DNA of 64,000 nt from Octopus sinensis. Taxonomy: Eukaryota. Where the stretch lies: contig NC_043006.1 of NCBI RefSeq assembly GCF_006345805.1, forward strand, positions 58,962,001 through 59,026,000, in the 5' to 3' direction. Within the stretch, counting starts at the first letter, position 1; every line of letters begins with the position of its first letter. The notes beneath the pieces were generated by a model that was given only the letters and a program-made list of their open reading frames with translations, was not told the DNA's origin and searched no databases. Shown piece after piece: positions 26,495-39,933 of this stretch. Made by a program: the position numbers and the translations under genes.

Positions 26495-26548
<54 letters not shown>
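21830..26548. repeat. Very long (TA)n-rich tract; core of about 4 kb at 22460-26548 with ATAAATAA interruptions
   Basis: Almost exclusively A/T. Interrupted at about 22354-22460 by a short Penelope-end-like fragment. Confidence 0.95.
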
Positions 26549-26550
<2 letters not shown>

Positions 26551-26553
<3 letters not shown>

Positions 26554-26890
26554 TCCATCTAAATTCCGGACTAGGTATAGCAATAATCTAGAGTTCAAAG
26601 GCCCACAGCTTTTCAATGCCGTGCCACATAAATTAAGAAATTTGCATGAGGTGTATGTAGACGTCTTCAAAAAGGAATTAGACATCCTCCTGTCTATAAT
26701 ACCGGATGATCCAACAGCTCGACATTACGGACAGACGAGATCAGCAGAATCAAACTCAATAATGCATCAAATTTACCAACAGGTTGGAAAAACGCGCATA
26801 CAGGAGTGGTGCTGTTTAAACAGCCACACTGACCATGGTGGTTGCCCAGTATGATCACAGTCGCATGACTGAAACGAGTAAAAGAATATA
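26551..26890 (+). mobile_element. 5'-truncated CR1/L2-group LINE 3' end
   Basis: Peptide ...KGPQLFNAVPHKLRNLHEVYVDVFKKELDILLSIIPDDP... matches the typical LINE ORF2 C-terminus (xGPxLFNxLP...FKxxLD). The 3' UTR ends in gactgaaacgagtaaaagaata. Confidence 0.7.
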
Positions 26891-27115
26891 GAACAAGTGT
26901 CCTTATATACATTTACGAATAAATGTAAATAAATGTATATAAGGACACAGGAAAATGTGTCAAAGCCGTCAGGGGGCGTCGATGCTTCCTAGGGCTAAAC
27001 AGCGGTGGTGTACCCCCCTACTGTCACGTTCGTGTTAGATTGACAGTATGCGGCCATTCTGTTGCCCCACCACCGTACATGTCTCTACGAGAGATTTAGA
27101 AATTTAGTATTTCTG

Positions 27116-27168
<53 letters not shown>

Positions 27169-27258
27169 GTTAATCCAAACAAGAAAGCACAAACAAACAC
27201 AACAACGCGAGGACGTGGAACAAATATAGTATTATTGGACGCTCAGGAAAGAAGGAGG

Positions 27259-27293
27259 GTTTAACGTTTCGAGCGGAGCTATTCGTCAGAAAC
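27259..27293 (-). ncRNA. Minimal hammerhead ribozyme motif in a short Penelope-end-like repeat (about 27168-27367)
   Basis: Minus strand: gttt CTGACGA a tagc tcc gctc GAAACGTTA aac. Core intact, palindrome AACGTT, one stem II mismatch. (TA)n on both flanks. Confidence 0.65.
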
Positions 27294-27388
27294 ATAGGAG
27301 AAGGAAAGATCCAGAGAAGGGAAGACAGAGGAAAAAAAAATCGCCAACAGTACACACGAGGTCACATTATATATATATATATATATTG

Positions 27389-27476
27389 ATGGTCCGGCAA
27401 GAGACCGATAAAATAAGTACTAGGCTTGCAAAGAGTAAGTCATGGCGACAGTCAAGTACAAAAATAAGTAAAAAGG
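27389..27476 (+). mobile_element. SINE type B 3' fragment
   Basis: ggcaagagaccgataaaataagtactaggcttgcaaagagtaagtc. Confidence 0.65.
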
Positions 27477-27485
27477 CAAAAAAGA

Positions 27486-27536
<51 letters not shown>

Positions 27537-28294
27537 ACACACACACACACACGTGCACATGGATAATGCATGGAGATCGCAGTGCTGTGAAACCAGAGTC
27601 GCAAGGAAACTTCCAATTTCTGCTTGTGTGTATGAATACACATAAACAAACACACATGCATGTATATACATATTCATGTAAATATATATACATATACTTA
27701 TATATACATACACATTCATATACTCTTATATTTATAGATGTATTCATGCGCAAAAACACGCACTCACAAACACTCACGTACAAACACAAAGATATGTATA
27801 TACATATACATGTGTGTGTATGTCAACGTGTACATACGAGTATATGTGCATCTACAAAACGAGCTATAAACGTACAAATATGCCTGAAACAGAAGAAAGT
27901 TCTAGAAAGCCAAATAAAAAAGTAAAATGAAAATATCCAAACACTGATAAAAATGAAAATGTTAATCATATTTAATATTACTCGACATATCTGACAAAAT
28001 AACGAAAAATACAAACCCCCCATCTCCACCAAAAGAAACCCGAAAAAAATCAGGAAGCAAAGAAGCAAATATATGAGTTAGAAAAAAAATGCAGAAGAGA
28101 AAAAAATACATTCTTAAATGCATTTTCGTCAATTTATACAATTTTTATCGCTTTAAAACTAAAATGTGTTTTTGAATAGTTTAAACGTAATAAAATAAAT
28201 CAACATTGAATGGTTACGCTAATGATATTCCTACATTTAAATTCACAGCATTTTGCTCTTCTAATGACTGCAGAATAAAGCAGAATTCTATTTA

Positions 28295-28351
<57 letters not shown>

Positions 28352-30739
28352 GTTATTATTGTTATTTTGATTCTGTCACTATGTCACGTTGCATTTGAAA
28401 TAATGCGAAAGTTTTGATGGTTGCAGTAACTTTAATGACGACAACAGCAAGAGATGTCATAGAGAAAAGCTTTGCTAAACCAATCAATTCTCAAGACACA
28501 TCAACCTAATATGGTCGAGTGAGAATAATCTAAAATAGAAAAATAAAACACGCACACAAAGAAACAAAATAACAACAACAGCAGCAAAAAAAAAAAAAAC
28601 CTGGCTTGTGGGTATTGCGGGAATGCAGTCGCAATCATTTTAGATTCGGCTGTTTGATCATAGTTTAGTGTTTTTATATAAGTTAAGTCAACTCTACTGC
28701 AAATACTCTCTGTTTATTGATCTCGACTTTGAATGGTTGTTAGATGTTATATCTAATAGAAAACAGGAAGCTTTTAACAAAAACCCACGTCATATTGATA
28801 TATTTTGGATATGAAGTAATTACTAATAAGCTGCAGTTTTTTGACACGTCTAGAAATAAGAGTGAAAAGGGTGATTCTGAAGGATCGTAAGTTAATAACC
28901 TTAATAACTATAGGAGAAAAAAAACTATATAAAGTCCATCTTTAATCAGAATGAATGTGTTTCTTACGTAGAGTACAACTCTTTGAGTACTGGCAGATTG
29001 AACATAATTGTTTTTCAATCCATCACATATTTATTGTGACCCATGACAGAGTATGGCGTTCATGCTTTTCTGACACGTTTTAGCAATGTAAATAGATATA
29101 AATTGACAACAATCAGAAACTGAAAGTGGTTTGAGATTATACAGGGAGGTGAGTTTACCTCTAGTAAACAGTGAGGTTACCTCTAGTAGACAGAGACTAT
29201 ATTGGATATAATTAATATATCTTAAGAAGTGCACAAAGGACAATACTTTATGTATAGAAAGAAGAGTACAGTGAAAGGAATTATCTCTTATCTTTTATCA
29301 ATACTTTTGTTATCGGCTTTTAAATAGCTTGTCCATTGCTGTACGATCACAACCACCATCCATTGATCTCACATAAAAATTTGACAGCAGATTAAAATGT
29401 GAGGGAAATAAGAGAGTGTAACATTTATGCTCTTCCAAATACCATCACTTATATGGTTGGACTGAAACGGAATGAAAACCGAATCGTGGATATGTCGCTG
29501 AGAAGCTACCTTTATTGTACTTAACGTAATCTGAGTCTGTAATTATATTCATATAGGGTAGTGCTTCTCATACTTTATTTTAGCTATCGTCTCCCTTTCT
29601 TTTACTAACAATCTTTCAAAACCTAATTCAACAAATTAACTACACAACAAATAATAGCTGCTGACAGATTGGTCGCCATTAAAAGACCACTTACACATAA
29701 GTCATATCGTGAATATAATACGGAATGCCAAATCAATATTTCGACCACTAATATTACCAAATAATTGACGTACTTGATAAAAAATTGAAAATAGTTTTGA
29801 AAACCAAGGCAATTAAAATATGCGTCTATTGCCCTTATTTCTCATTTTGTCCCTGGTATTCCAGCAAAATATTCCACCAACTTCCTGGCAATATTAACAC
29901 TTTCTTTGAGAATCACTATGCAGTGTGTCCTAAACATATATTATGCCCTCAACAATCAGTATCTCCTGTCATTCTCTTTTGATCGACTAGTTTTTTGTGT
30001 CTTAGAATGGGTTCTTAAACTGAGAAGCAATGATCTAGCGTGTCGTAAACATATCTCATCCATATCTTGTCTAGCTTCCCCAGTCATTCTTTTCGGCTCG
30101 AATACGTTTGTTTTTCTCTCAGAGTTCCTTAAACCAGCGTCTCTCAGATTGACATATATCCCACTCATAAATTCTAATAAAATTGTTTTTGGCCTCCCCA
30201 CCTCTTTATTTATGAGAACAAATTAGGATTTGTATCCTTATTGGTCATTGTTTGCCACGGGGTTACACAAGCTTAAAAATTATAAAAACTATCTTAATTT
30301 TGCTGGAATGCTTTTGATTACAAGTCTACTGCATGAGAATAGACAGGAACAAGAAGACAACAACAGCAACGCCAATTATAACCACAACAATCACAATTGC
30401 TGCTTTCGTCATATTGGTCCTTCTCCTTTTACATATGTTATCAGTTCATTCTTAGTTTTTGTTGCAGTATCCACTTGTTTTCAAACCTCGCAAGCTATCT
30501 TAGAATAATCTGGCCTTACCCTATAAGTAACATTGCATTAAACAATCTAAGGTGAAGGTTCTTAGGGTTAAAAAATGGAAATAACGACGTTAAGTTGTGT
30601 TAAAAATGACTTTTAATTAAAAGTCATTCAATTGAATCCGAGAAAAAAAAACGATTATGATTGTAAAGGCTGATTAACATAAATTCATTATCAAGTAAAT
30701 GTAAAAGGCAGAGTTGCACCAAAAAACGGAGCATCGTAC

Positions 30740-30890
30740 ATTATTTAATCTATCTACGCTTCAAATTCAAATTTTACCAGGGTAGACTTTGCCTGAGTTC
30801 GATAAATTAAATGAGTTTACTAGCGAGAACCGACTTGATTGACTAAATCTACCTCCCCATCCCCCAAACCCTAAATTGCGTTCTTTCTCC
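30740..30890 (+). mobile_element. Degenerate SINE type A fragment
   Basis: ttcaaattcaaattttaccagggtagactttgcc...gttcgataaattaa...gacttgattgact...cccccaaa. Confidence 0.5.
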
Positions 30891-31136
30891 AATGTAAGAA
30901 TCAATTGCTTGTGTTTTCATCGCATTGCTTATTCCGTTAGTTTGTTTCCCTCAAAGTTGATCATAAACAATAACACAAATATATAAGTTAAGAGACTGTT
31001 TATCTCAACCGAAACAAGCCCTTGGAAATATTACAACCTAATTTCCTGTTTAAAAGCGTGTTCTAAATTCTTTGTTAAATACAAATCCTAATCTAATTAT
31101 CTCTTGAATGGTTTCTAGTGCCTTGACACCCTTTTC

Positions 31137-32047
31137 AAGGTTTAATGTCTGTAGAAGACTATGTGAAGTTAGCTAGAGTATGTATAATCTCCCATGTCGG
31201 TAATAATGAGGAAATGTTATTAAGAGCTGCTAATGTAATAGTAGGAAATAAGGAAACCGAATAGCCAAATGTGATTAAAAACCAGAAAAAAGAATTAAGA
31301 TTATCTGACTTACAAGAGAAAACTTTGCATGGTAGATTTCCAGAAAATAGTAATAGTGAGACATGGTCGTGGTTAAGAAAAGAAGGCTGTTTCAGAACGA
31401 CAGTTTGTTATTAGCAGCACAAGGCCAGCCATTGAAGACAAACTGGATAAAAGCTAAGATGGACAAAAGCCAGGCAGATTCCCAGCGCAGGTTATGTAAA
31501 TCAAAGGGAGAAATTGAAACTTATATAGCAAATGTAGTATGCTGGCACAGAAAGATAGACATAACATAGGGAGACTAATCTACTGGGAGATATGTAGAAA
31601 GATATGATTTGACCATACTGATAAGTGGTATGAACATTAACCTAGTAAAGTGCTTTAGAGTAAGAAGTATAAGATGTAAGATTTTAACATTCAGACTGAC
31701 AGAGTAATAGAAGCTAGAAGGTCTGATTTAGTTGTATTAGACAAAGAGAATAGAAATGATGAAAAAGTTAATATGAGAGGTACTGAGAAAATGGTAAAGT
31801 ACCAGGGTTTAGCTATTGAGTTACAGAAAATGCGGGTAAAAATTATCCCTGTAGTTACAGGTGCATTAGGAACTATTCTTAAAGACAGGAAATAAACATA
31901 AAATCTAGTGTGGTACAGCTTCAGAAAACAGTGTTATTAGGGGCAACTAAGAAACATAGGAAAGTCCATGGCATCTAAGGTTACTTGTAGTTCGATGTAA
32001 GTAATTGTTTTCGATTGTCTAATCTGTTGTGCGTAAATGAAATAATA
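31137..32047 (+). mobile_element. Decayed Dong/R4-like non-LTR retrotransposon, 3' portion
   Basis: Peptides GLMSVEDYV, EKTLHGRF, LLAAQGQPLKTNWIK, and broken-frame equivalents of the PD...D nuclease and IPVVxGALG motifs. The 3' UTR ends in (AAT)3. The 3' end is homologous to 38205-38330. Confidence 0.75.
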
Positions 32048-32049
32048 AT

Positions 32050-32400
<351 letters not shown>

Positions 32401-32412
32401 CGATGATGATAA

Positions 32413-32578
32413 TGGAGAAATAGGCATAAAACCTAGTTTAGTGCAGCTCCAGAAACCAGTGTTATTGGGGACAGTTGGTATACTTAGGAAGGTTCTTGGC
32501 ATCTAAGGTTACTAGTTGTAGCCTGGTGTAAGAAATTGTTTCTAATAGTCAAATCTGTTGCGCGTATATGAAATAACA
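32413..32578 (+). mobile_element. Second Dong/R4-like 3' end fragment
   Basis: VQLQKPVLLGTVGILRKVLGI* plus a 3' UTR (gcatctaaggttact...aatctgttgcgcgtatatgaaataa) paralogous to about 31910-32047. Confidence 0.75.
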
Positions 32579-32599
32579 ATACAGCAACTGCTTGTCACT

Positions 32600-32800
32600 G
32601 TTCTTGATTAGTCTTATATCAGCTCTGATTGGAGAAAAAATCCTACAACTATAACCATTCCATCTGTGATCATCCCGTCATTTTTTAAATTTTTATTATA
32701 TTTCGGACTAAATTAGTCAGTGTATATCATTTTATAAGATGTGATTTAAGGGCTTTTTGGTCGCTATTTCTAGCAGATCGAGCGACTTCGTAGAGTCTCC
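32600..32800 (-). mobile_element. Degenerate SINE-like repeat fragment
   Basis: Minus strand gtcgctcgatctgctagaaatagcgaccaaaaagccc...; a loosely related tail segment occurs at about 47440-47580. Confidence 0.35.
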
Positions 32801-32929
32801 GTCATTAATACGCTCGAGTAGAATCATTAAACAATATATAACACAACTCATTTGTAGCCTCGTTTTGGTGTCTGAATTTAACTTTGCTCCACTTTAACAC
32901 TTCTCAATATAATATACAATGCCCTTAGG

Positions 32930-33128
32930 TAGGCGGGCTGGCAGAATCGTTTGCACGCCGGGCAAAATGCTTAGAGACATTCCGCCCGTCTTTACATTCT
33001 GAATTCAAATTCCGCCGAGGTCAGCTTTGCCTTTGCTTTCATTCTGTGCCAGCTGAAGATTGAGGTCAACGTAATCGACTTACCCCTCCCCCAAAATTGC
33101 AGGCCTTGTGTCAAAATTTGAAATCAAT
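32930..33128 (+). mobile_element. SINE type A copy
   Basis: ggcgggctggcagaatcgtttgcacgccgggcaaaatgc...gaattcaaattccgccgaggtcagc...gtgtcaaaatttgaaatcaat. Confidence 0.85.
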
Positions 33129-33435
33129 ATACAATGTCTTTATACTCTGACTTAAAAGCTGTCTTTCTATCCAACACGTGATCTAGGGATTAAGCAAACG
33201 AACTTTTTATCATAAAGTCGTAGATTCAGTTCCCAGCCCGCGAGGCACGTTGTGGTCTTGCCAAGGGGCTTTACTTCAGTTCACTCAGCAGGCAAATATG
33301 GGTCTTAAGACTTGACAGACAGAAGACCCAGGCAGCAGTTTGTTAGTGCAGTAGCATTAACTCAGTGGTATGACTAAAAAAAAACATTCAGGCATGAAGA
33401 AAGATCCTTTCAGCTACGGGATGCTCCAGCAATTC

Positions 33436-33652
33436 TATTTTACTCTTTTACTTATTTCATTCATCAGCTTGCGGCCATGCTGGGGCACCAGCTTTAAATT
33501 TTTTTAGTCGAATGGATCGATTCCAGTACTTATTTTCTTTTAAAATCTGGTACTTATCGGTCTCTTTTTCCGAACTGCTAAGTTACGGGGATGTGAACAC
33601 ACTAATACCGGTTATCAAGGGGTGATGCTATGAGATAAACACAGGCATAAAG

Positions 33653-33714
<62 letters not shown>

Positions 33715-33894
33715 ACACATACACACACATATATATAACGAGCTTCTTTCAGTTTCCGTCTACAAATTCCATTAACAAAGATTTGGTCGGTCCAAGGCTA
33801 TAGTAGAAGATATTTGTCCAAGGTCCAACGCAGTGGGACTGAAGCCATGCCCATGTGGTTGGGAAGCAAACTTCTTACCATACAGCTCCGCCCC
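33436..33894 (-). mobile_element. SINE type B copy
   Basis: Reverse complement of the type B head, body and tail, with an internal (CA)n. Confidence 0.85.
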
Positions 33895-34029
33895 TTGTAC
33901 TAATTTTTATTTTCTCCCGTCTTATTTATCTCATCACAGTTAAACAAAGGATTAGAGGTACTGTTTGTAATGCAGAAGTGAGTTGAACTTCTAATCTTGC
34001 GTGGCAAGACAATAAAAATAAATTCTATA

Positions 34030-34670
34030 TTGGATCAAGTATTTTCGGTTTAGCTCAGAACATATGAAATATTCGTAACTGAGAAGATCAAATCCGGTCG
34101 AAGTCCTATGTATTTAGAACCCGAGTTTCTTCGAGATGTTTCTCTGACACAAAATATTATTGGGAGTGCCGTTCCGTGTTTGCGTATGCATCGTATGTGT
34201 TGTACATACCGGCATTTTAATTTAAGTCTGTTTTAAGTCCATACATAAATCTAATAACACAGAGATAACAAAACATGTTTCTAAATTTCTTTTTTTCAAT
34301 TTCTGCCTCTTTCCGCTGGTTTCCGTCTATTTCATGTTCTTCATCTTTCTCATAGCAATAACAGAATAACTGTTTCCTAATTCATGATAACACCTGATGC
34401 TAAATTCTCACAGGAACTTGATGTTCGTATTTTCGATTTAACGCTACTTGTTTGTATTCAGACAATTCCTTTTTCTCTAAATAATAGAACTCTTCCAGAT
34501 CGAGTGACATTGACTTGATATTGTTTGAGTTAGTTCATAAGAATTTCATATTTCTAACACTTAATAGCTTTATCTATTTCTTTTCTTCCCGAGGAAGTGT
34601 TTTACTTAAAATGTTAGACATCCTTTCTTCTTCATGAAATGAAACTTATTTCATTATTTAAACTAATTGT
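34030..34670 (-). mobile_element. Decayed RTE-like LINE fragment
   Basis: Minus-strand peptides IDGNQ...FCYL and KHLEETRVLN resemble the RTE post-RT region (IDGxxLEQVEKFCYLG; ISxETRKRVL). Many stops. Confidence 0.35.
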
Positions 34671-34997
34671 ATTTATTTTTCGCCCACAGAAAACATCACT
34701 AGCTTCCTCTGATTCTACAGTTTAATATTACTTGTTTGTAGTTGCTGGCAGTGGTGCAGAAAATATAAGGTTGACAATAGAATTCGGTTTGTTTGGAGAA
34801 AAGTGCGAGCTGAAACAGATTTTACAAAACTACCTATTTTCAGTATATGTCTATATTGATAAATCTAGTACATCATCTGTTTCTGCCCGTCTGTGTGTCT
34901 GTGTGTCTGTCTGTCTCTCTCTATCCCCCCTCTCTCCATATATATATATATATATATATATTATTTGTACTATTTATTATTTGTATTAATTTTTTTA

Positions 34998-35180
34998 TCT
35001 CCTATTCCCATGGAATGGTCAGTGGCAAGAGAGGAAGAGACCGACCAAGAACCCGCTGTCTTGATACCATCAAGAGTGATACCGGAATGGACATAGCCAA
35101 TCTGAAAGAAGCGGCCCAGAATAGAACTGACTGGAGGACACTGATTCAACGAGTGACCGAGAGTCGACTTCGACTGAGCG
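34998..35180 (+). mobile_element. RTE-clade LINE 3' end
   Basis: HGMVSGKRGRDRPRTRCLDTIKSDTGMDIANLKEAAQNRTDWRTLIQRVTESRLRLSG is the characteristic RTE ORF C-terminus (GxRxRGRPxxRW...AxDRxxWR). Confidence 0.8.
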
Positions 35181-35779
35181 GTTAGAGAGAGAGATTCCCA
35201 TACCACACACCACCAACCCTCTATCTCTCGCGCATGCATGCACACACTCATACACAACGCACACATACATATACACGCACGTACATACACTTCTACACAC
35301 ACACAAAAGAGTGACACATTTATACTGTGGGAGAACGCACAACAGGATGACACACAAAGATAAACATATATGCACACCCATAAACACACACACTCACACA
35401 GATCCATACATGTGCACTCACACACACACATACACATTCCCAAACCATCCACGCACACATTCCAACACGCACCCAGTTTCTGCCACACACACACACACAC
35501 ACACGCTATCTTACATACACACGGTATCACACACACATACACACACTAATTACTGCTACATACACACTAGTTACTGCCACACACATACGTTACCGTACAC
35601 ACACACATACCACTGCACACTCACCCACACAGATACCGACCATTCTTCACACATTCCTGTGCCAGAAAGCATTTTCTCTTTGCCCGCCTACTTTCGGTCA
35701 TTCCAAAATGTAACTACACGTGGACTCTTGGCGATGTTTTTCCCCCTTCCGCCTTTTCTCTTGTACTTCCTATGTCTCC

Positions 35780-35816
35780 TGTTTCTGAAGAAGAGCTTGG
35801 CTCGAAATGTAAAACA
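35780..35816 (+). ncRNA. Minimal hammerhead ribozyme motif in a short Penelope-end-like repeat (about 35680-35885)
   Basis: tgttt CTGAAGA a gagc ttg gctc GAAA tgta aaaca. Stem I is 5 bp and stem II 4 bp. Stem III ACGT is mutated to ATGT (CpG transition). Confidence 0.65.
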
Positions 35817-36069
35817 ACCACCCTTTCTTTTATTTCCTCACGGTGTTGTTTTTCCCAGTCTTTTTTTTCTCCATTTCTCTTGTTAACTATATATATATAT
35901 ACAAACAAAATAAGGTAAGAGATACATCTCATAGTGGCCAGTGGCATGTATTTGAATAATATAGAAAAATACAAGTATAATAAATATCATACAACAAACA
36001 TACGTACAAACATATACATGCATATATATATATATATACATATGCATGTATGCATGTATGTATGTATGC

Positions 36070-36111
<42 letters not shown>

Positions 36112-37440
36112 ACAATAATCACGAGAAAGGCGTTCAGCAGAAGCTCAGAGAGATTCGTAAAAGATGTAAGTTTTGTGATCTGGTTATTTATTTCCGCTGA
36201 ACAGGAGTTTTGATTTTTTTTAAAAACTGATCCCGCGTTCCAACTAACCCCACTTTTCCCTATCTTTCTCAATATAGTTTCATTTTCACGCAACTTTCTT
36301 CTGTATCTGTAGACATACGCTCGCAATTTGTCACACCAACATAAACACTACCACACTGTACAGATGTATATACAAACTTCTGCTCCTTTCACCTCCTTAA
36401 ATTTCGCACATCTTTTAACTTCAGTAATTCTTCTACCTAAGCAACTATTCAGAATTACAGTTAAAACTTTATGTGATTACTCGACGTGTTAGAAATAACA
36501 TCTATATTTCCTTCAGATCACACTACAGCGCCTTTAAAAAAGAGAAGGATACATTAAATAAGGTAAATTCCTCACAAAACATAGGATTGTTGCAGTAAGA
36601 ATGCTTTTGATCGCTAATTTGGTTAATGGGGTTGGACTTAAGACGAAACAGCAACAATAACAACAGCAATGATAACAACAGCTACAGCAAAAACAACCAC
36701 AATGAGAGCACCATGAAAGTAGCCACAGTTTTCATCTTATTCTCTCTCTTCCTTTTACACATTCTAAAAGCTAGTTTTTGGTTCATTCCCAGTTTTTGTT
36801 ACTATGTCTCTCATTAATTATTTATATCTAAGTCTTCTAACAGTGATATACTTATATTCAAATTCAACTGTCGTTTCTTTATTCGGCACTATCTAGTTTT
36901 ACGCTACATTGAATATTTTCAAGCAGTCCATAGTTTACCCAAGCTACTAAAGTTTGTCATCATTGTATTATTATAGTCTTCCTCACATAATCATTTCCAG
37001 CAAAAATTTTACATTCAGTCAGCAGATGATAATAAATTTCCCTCTCTACCTTGTGTAGCTTGCATAATTCTAATGTTATTTCCAACCGCCTCGAATTTTT
37101 CATCACTCTTCTTTCTATCTCTTTCGTTTCTGCATGTTAAACGAAGAGACAAGATTTCACGGAATCAAAGTTGTAGTTAACACGCTTCTTCATCTAAAGA
37201 AATTCATTCTCTAGCGCTAACATCATTATTGTCATCATCCTCATCGTTATTAGGTTGAAGAATAGCATAAAAGAGAAATGTATCATTTAGTTACAACATT
37301 TTATGTTCTGAGATCAAATCTTGCTGAAGTCTAACTTTGCTTGTCATCTTTCTGGCGTGATTGTCGTTATTAAATGAATTATTATGAACGCATACAATAT
37401 CGAGAAGCAATACGATGATATACATCTTAATTCTTAACCT

Positions 37441-38025
37441 GATCTAGCAGATTTTCACGTGAATATACTAACCGATGTTGCATTTTGTCTCCGGGGAATA
37501 ACTATTCCTTTCAAACGGTGTGTTGACAATACTCTTGATACAATGACATAGTGGAATTCTGAGATTGGCTTTGCCATGGCTCTCACCAATTCGGATTGGG
37601 GCGACTATCATTTCATAGCAATAGTCATAATTGTGATCGGTTTTGACCACCGTTTTAGGGACTGGATCGCAGATATGCCCAGTGGTACTTGAGCTGCACA
37701 GTGGTACTTGGTGGTCTGAAGAAACAGCCAATTGTCGGAGCCGTTTCATATCTTGCATCTGGTCCGTCAAGGGTGTCCTTTCTCGTGTCTTCAGTATGTG
37801 TCACTGGATCTAGAACCACTGCTGTAGAATCTAGAACAGTTGAGGGGCTTGCTATTTGAGTTGGGATCAGCATTAGCGATTAATGATACCATTAAGATGT
37901 CGGATACCACAGAATACGAGGTGATAGTGGAAGCAAACATAAATCCAGACAAACCAATGGCTTACAGCTTGGCACCTAGAGAGGCTAATCTATACCGATG
38001 GTCAGTGTTGTGGGTTGCTGGATAA
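37441..38025 (+). mobile_element. Decayed L1/Tx1-like LINE RT fragment
   Basis: Frame with stops: GFDHRFRDWI...SQLSEPFHILHLVRQGCPFSCLQYVSLDLEPLL...SALAINDTIK...EANINPDK (cf. VRQGCPLSPLLY-LALEPLL, SAYADD, AKINxEKS). Confidence 0.7.
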
Positions 38026-38056
38026 ACAGATTGGTTAAATTCTTTGGAACATGGGA

Positions 38057-38114
38057 ATTATTATTATTATTATTATCATCATCATCATCATCATCATCAT
38101 CCTCCTCATCATCC

Positions 38115-38180
<66 letters not shown>

Positions 38181-38204
38181 TATTATTATTATTATTATTA
38201 TTAT
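38057..38204. repeat. (ATT)n/(ATC)n microsatellite
   Basis: Direct inspection; abuts a Dong-like 3' end. Confidence 0.95.
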
Positions 38205-39872
38205 CATATACACACAACAGCTTAGACTTGGAAAAGAAAATATACCAACATCGGGTTACAACAAGTAACATTAGATGCCAAAAACCTTCCAAGTATCCTG
38301 GCTGTCCCTAATAACTGTTTTCTGGAGCTGTACTACACTGCCTATTTCCTCTATCCATCTGTTCAGATCTTTGAGGATAGTTCCCAAATGCACCTATTTC
38401 TACTGGGATACATTTTACCTCCCGCACTTTCCATATTCTCTGTAATTCAATGGCTACGTCCTGGTACTTTGCTATTTTTCTATACCTCTCATATTGATTT
38501 TTTTCATCATTTGGGAATGTAAAGTCAATTATCTGGCACTTTCTATTCTCTTTATCTACTACTACCAAATCAGGCCTTCTAGCGTCTATTATTCTGTCAG
38601 TCTGAATGTTAAAGTCCCACAACATCTTGTATTTCTTATTTTCTAGTACTTTACTAGGTTCATGTTCATACCATTTACTAGAATGTTCAAAACTTAGCTT
38701 ATGGTTAATTTTTCCCTTACTATTTCTGAATTGATACTCTGTCTTTGCCTTCCTTAATACTAAACTGAGGGGGATCAAACATAAGACAGATATTAAAGGA
38801 GATAACGAGTCCTACCTGGAAAATCACTCTTTTGATATTAACTTTCCCTGAGAGTTTGCACCTGAGTAGAGATCTACTTTCCATTTCTTCATGCTAAAAC
38901 TAATTAATTCTCTTATGTTGTCTGCTATACTGAATATACTCAGACATTCACTTATCCATGAGTGTGGGATCATGTCATAGGCTTTCCTATAATCTATCCA
39001 TGCTATTGTTAGATTTTTTTTCTTTCTAGCTTTTACTTCATTTAGAACTGCTTTGCCTATGTATAATAGATCATGTGTGTCTGTAGCCTTCTTCCTGCCA
39101 CCTTTCTGTTTTAGCAGATTCTGGAAAATTGCAGTGGATTTTGCTAGTTTCCGGCTCCGTCACTCTCTGTGGTTTGTACTCATACCACGTCATGCTTCTC
39201 TCTATCCCTCACTTTTCGCAGAGTTTCCAATGTAGCAATTTTCGCTATCTGATCCTGTCACCACAACTTGTAGTGGTTTTGGGCAAGTCTAGGGGAAATC
39301 GTTCGTGATATGGGCAATAGTTTCATCCACTCCATTACAGATGCGGCACACCGGAAACACTTGCTCATTCCAAAGATTGACCCTCCGGTTCGTGGCCCAA
39401 GCTTGGTCGTGCGCTGCCAGTATAGTGCTCTCGGTCTCTTTTTATAGTGTTCCTTTCTTCAGTCAATCCCACCTATTTTTTCTAGCAACGTCTGCTGTGG
39501 CTACATGGAATCGATCGTGTTGTCCCTTGTTGCGTAATTCTTCTTCTTGTCCTTTTTGTACTTCTTTCGTTTTTCCTTTTTACTCTGCTTTCAATATTCC
39601 CTTGTTCCTAACTGACACTAACAAGGTTTCATTAATTTGGGCTAGGTATCTCATTAAGTTCTCAAGTTCGATACGTGCACAGTTTTTCATACTTATCAGC
39701 CCTCTTCCTCCAATTGCTCTCTTTATGTATAGGCAATCAGTGTCGGCACGTGGATGATGGGCTCCATACATCGTTAGGAGCTTTCTTGACTTCCTGTTCA
39801 TCTCCTTTGGCTCCTCCTCTGTCCACTTCAGGAATCCAGCGCGATACCGAACTACTGCGACTGCGCGATAAA

Positions 39873-39873
<1 letters not shown>
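38205..39873 (-). mobile_element. Rearranged, decayed Dong/R4-like retrotransposon
   Basis: Minus-strand blocks: YGAHHPRADTDCLY...GGRGL, CRICNGVDETIAHI, AWIDYRKAYDMIPHSWI, DSLSPLIFILCLIPLS, LWDFNIQTDRIIDARRPDLVVVD, then a 3' UTR ending in (TAA)n. Confidence 0.85.

Positions 39874-39933
<60 letters not shown>

Noticed and set aside
37967-38020. Minus-strand mini-exon candidate ending ...ASLGAKL* (PTS1-like)
   Set aside because: It lies on the antisense strand of a recognisable decayed L1/Tx1 RT fragment, so the match is coincidental.
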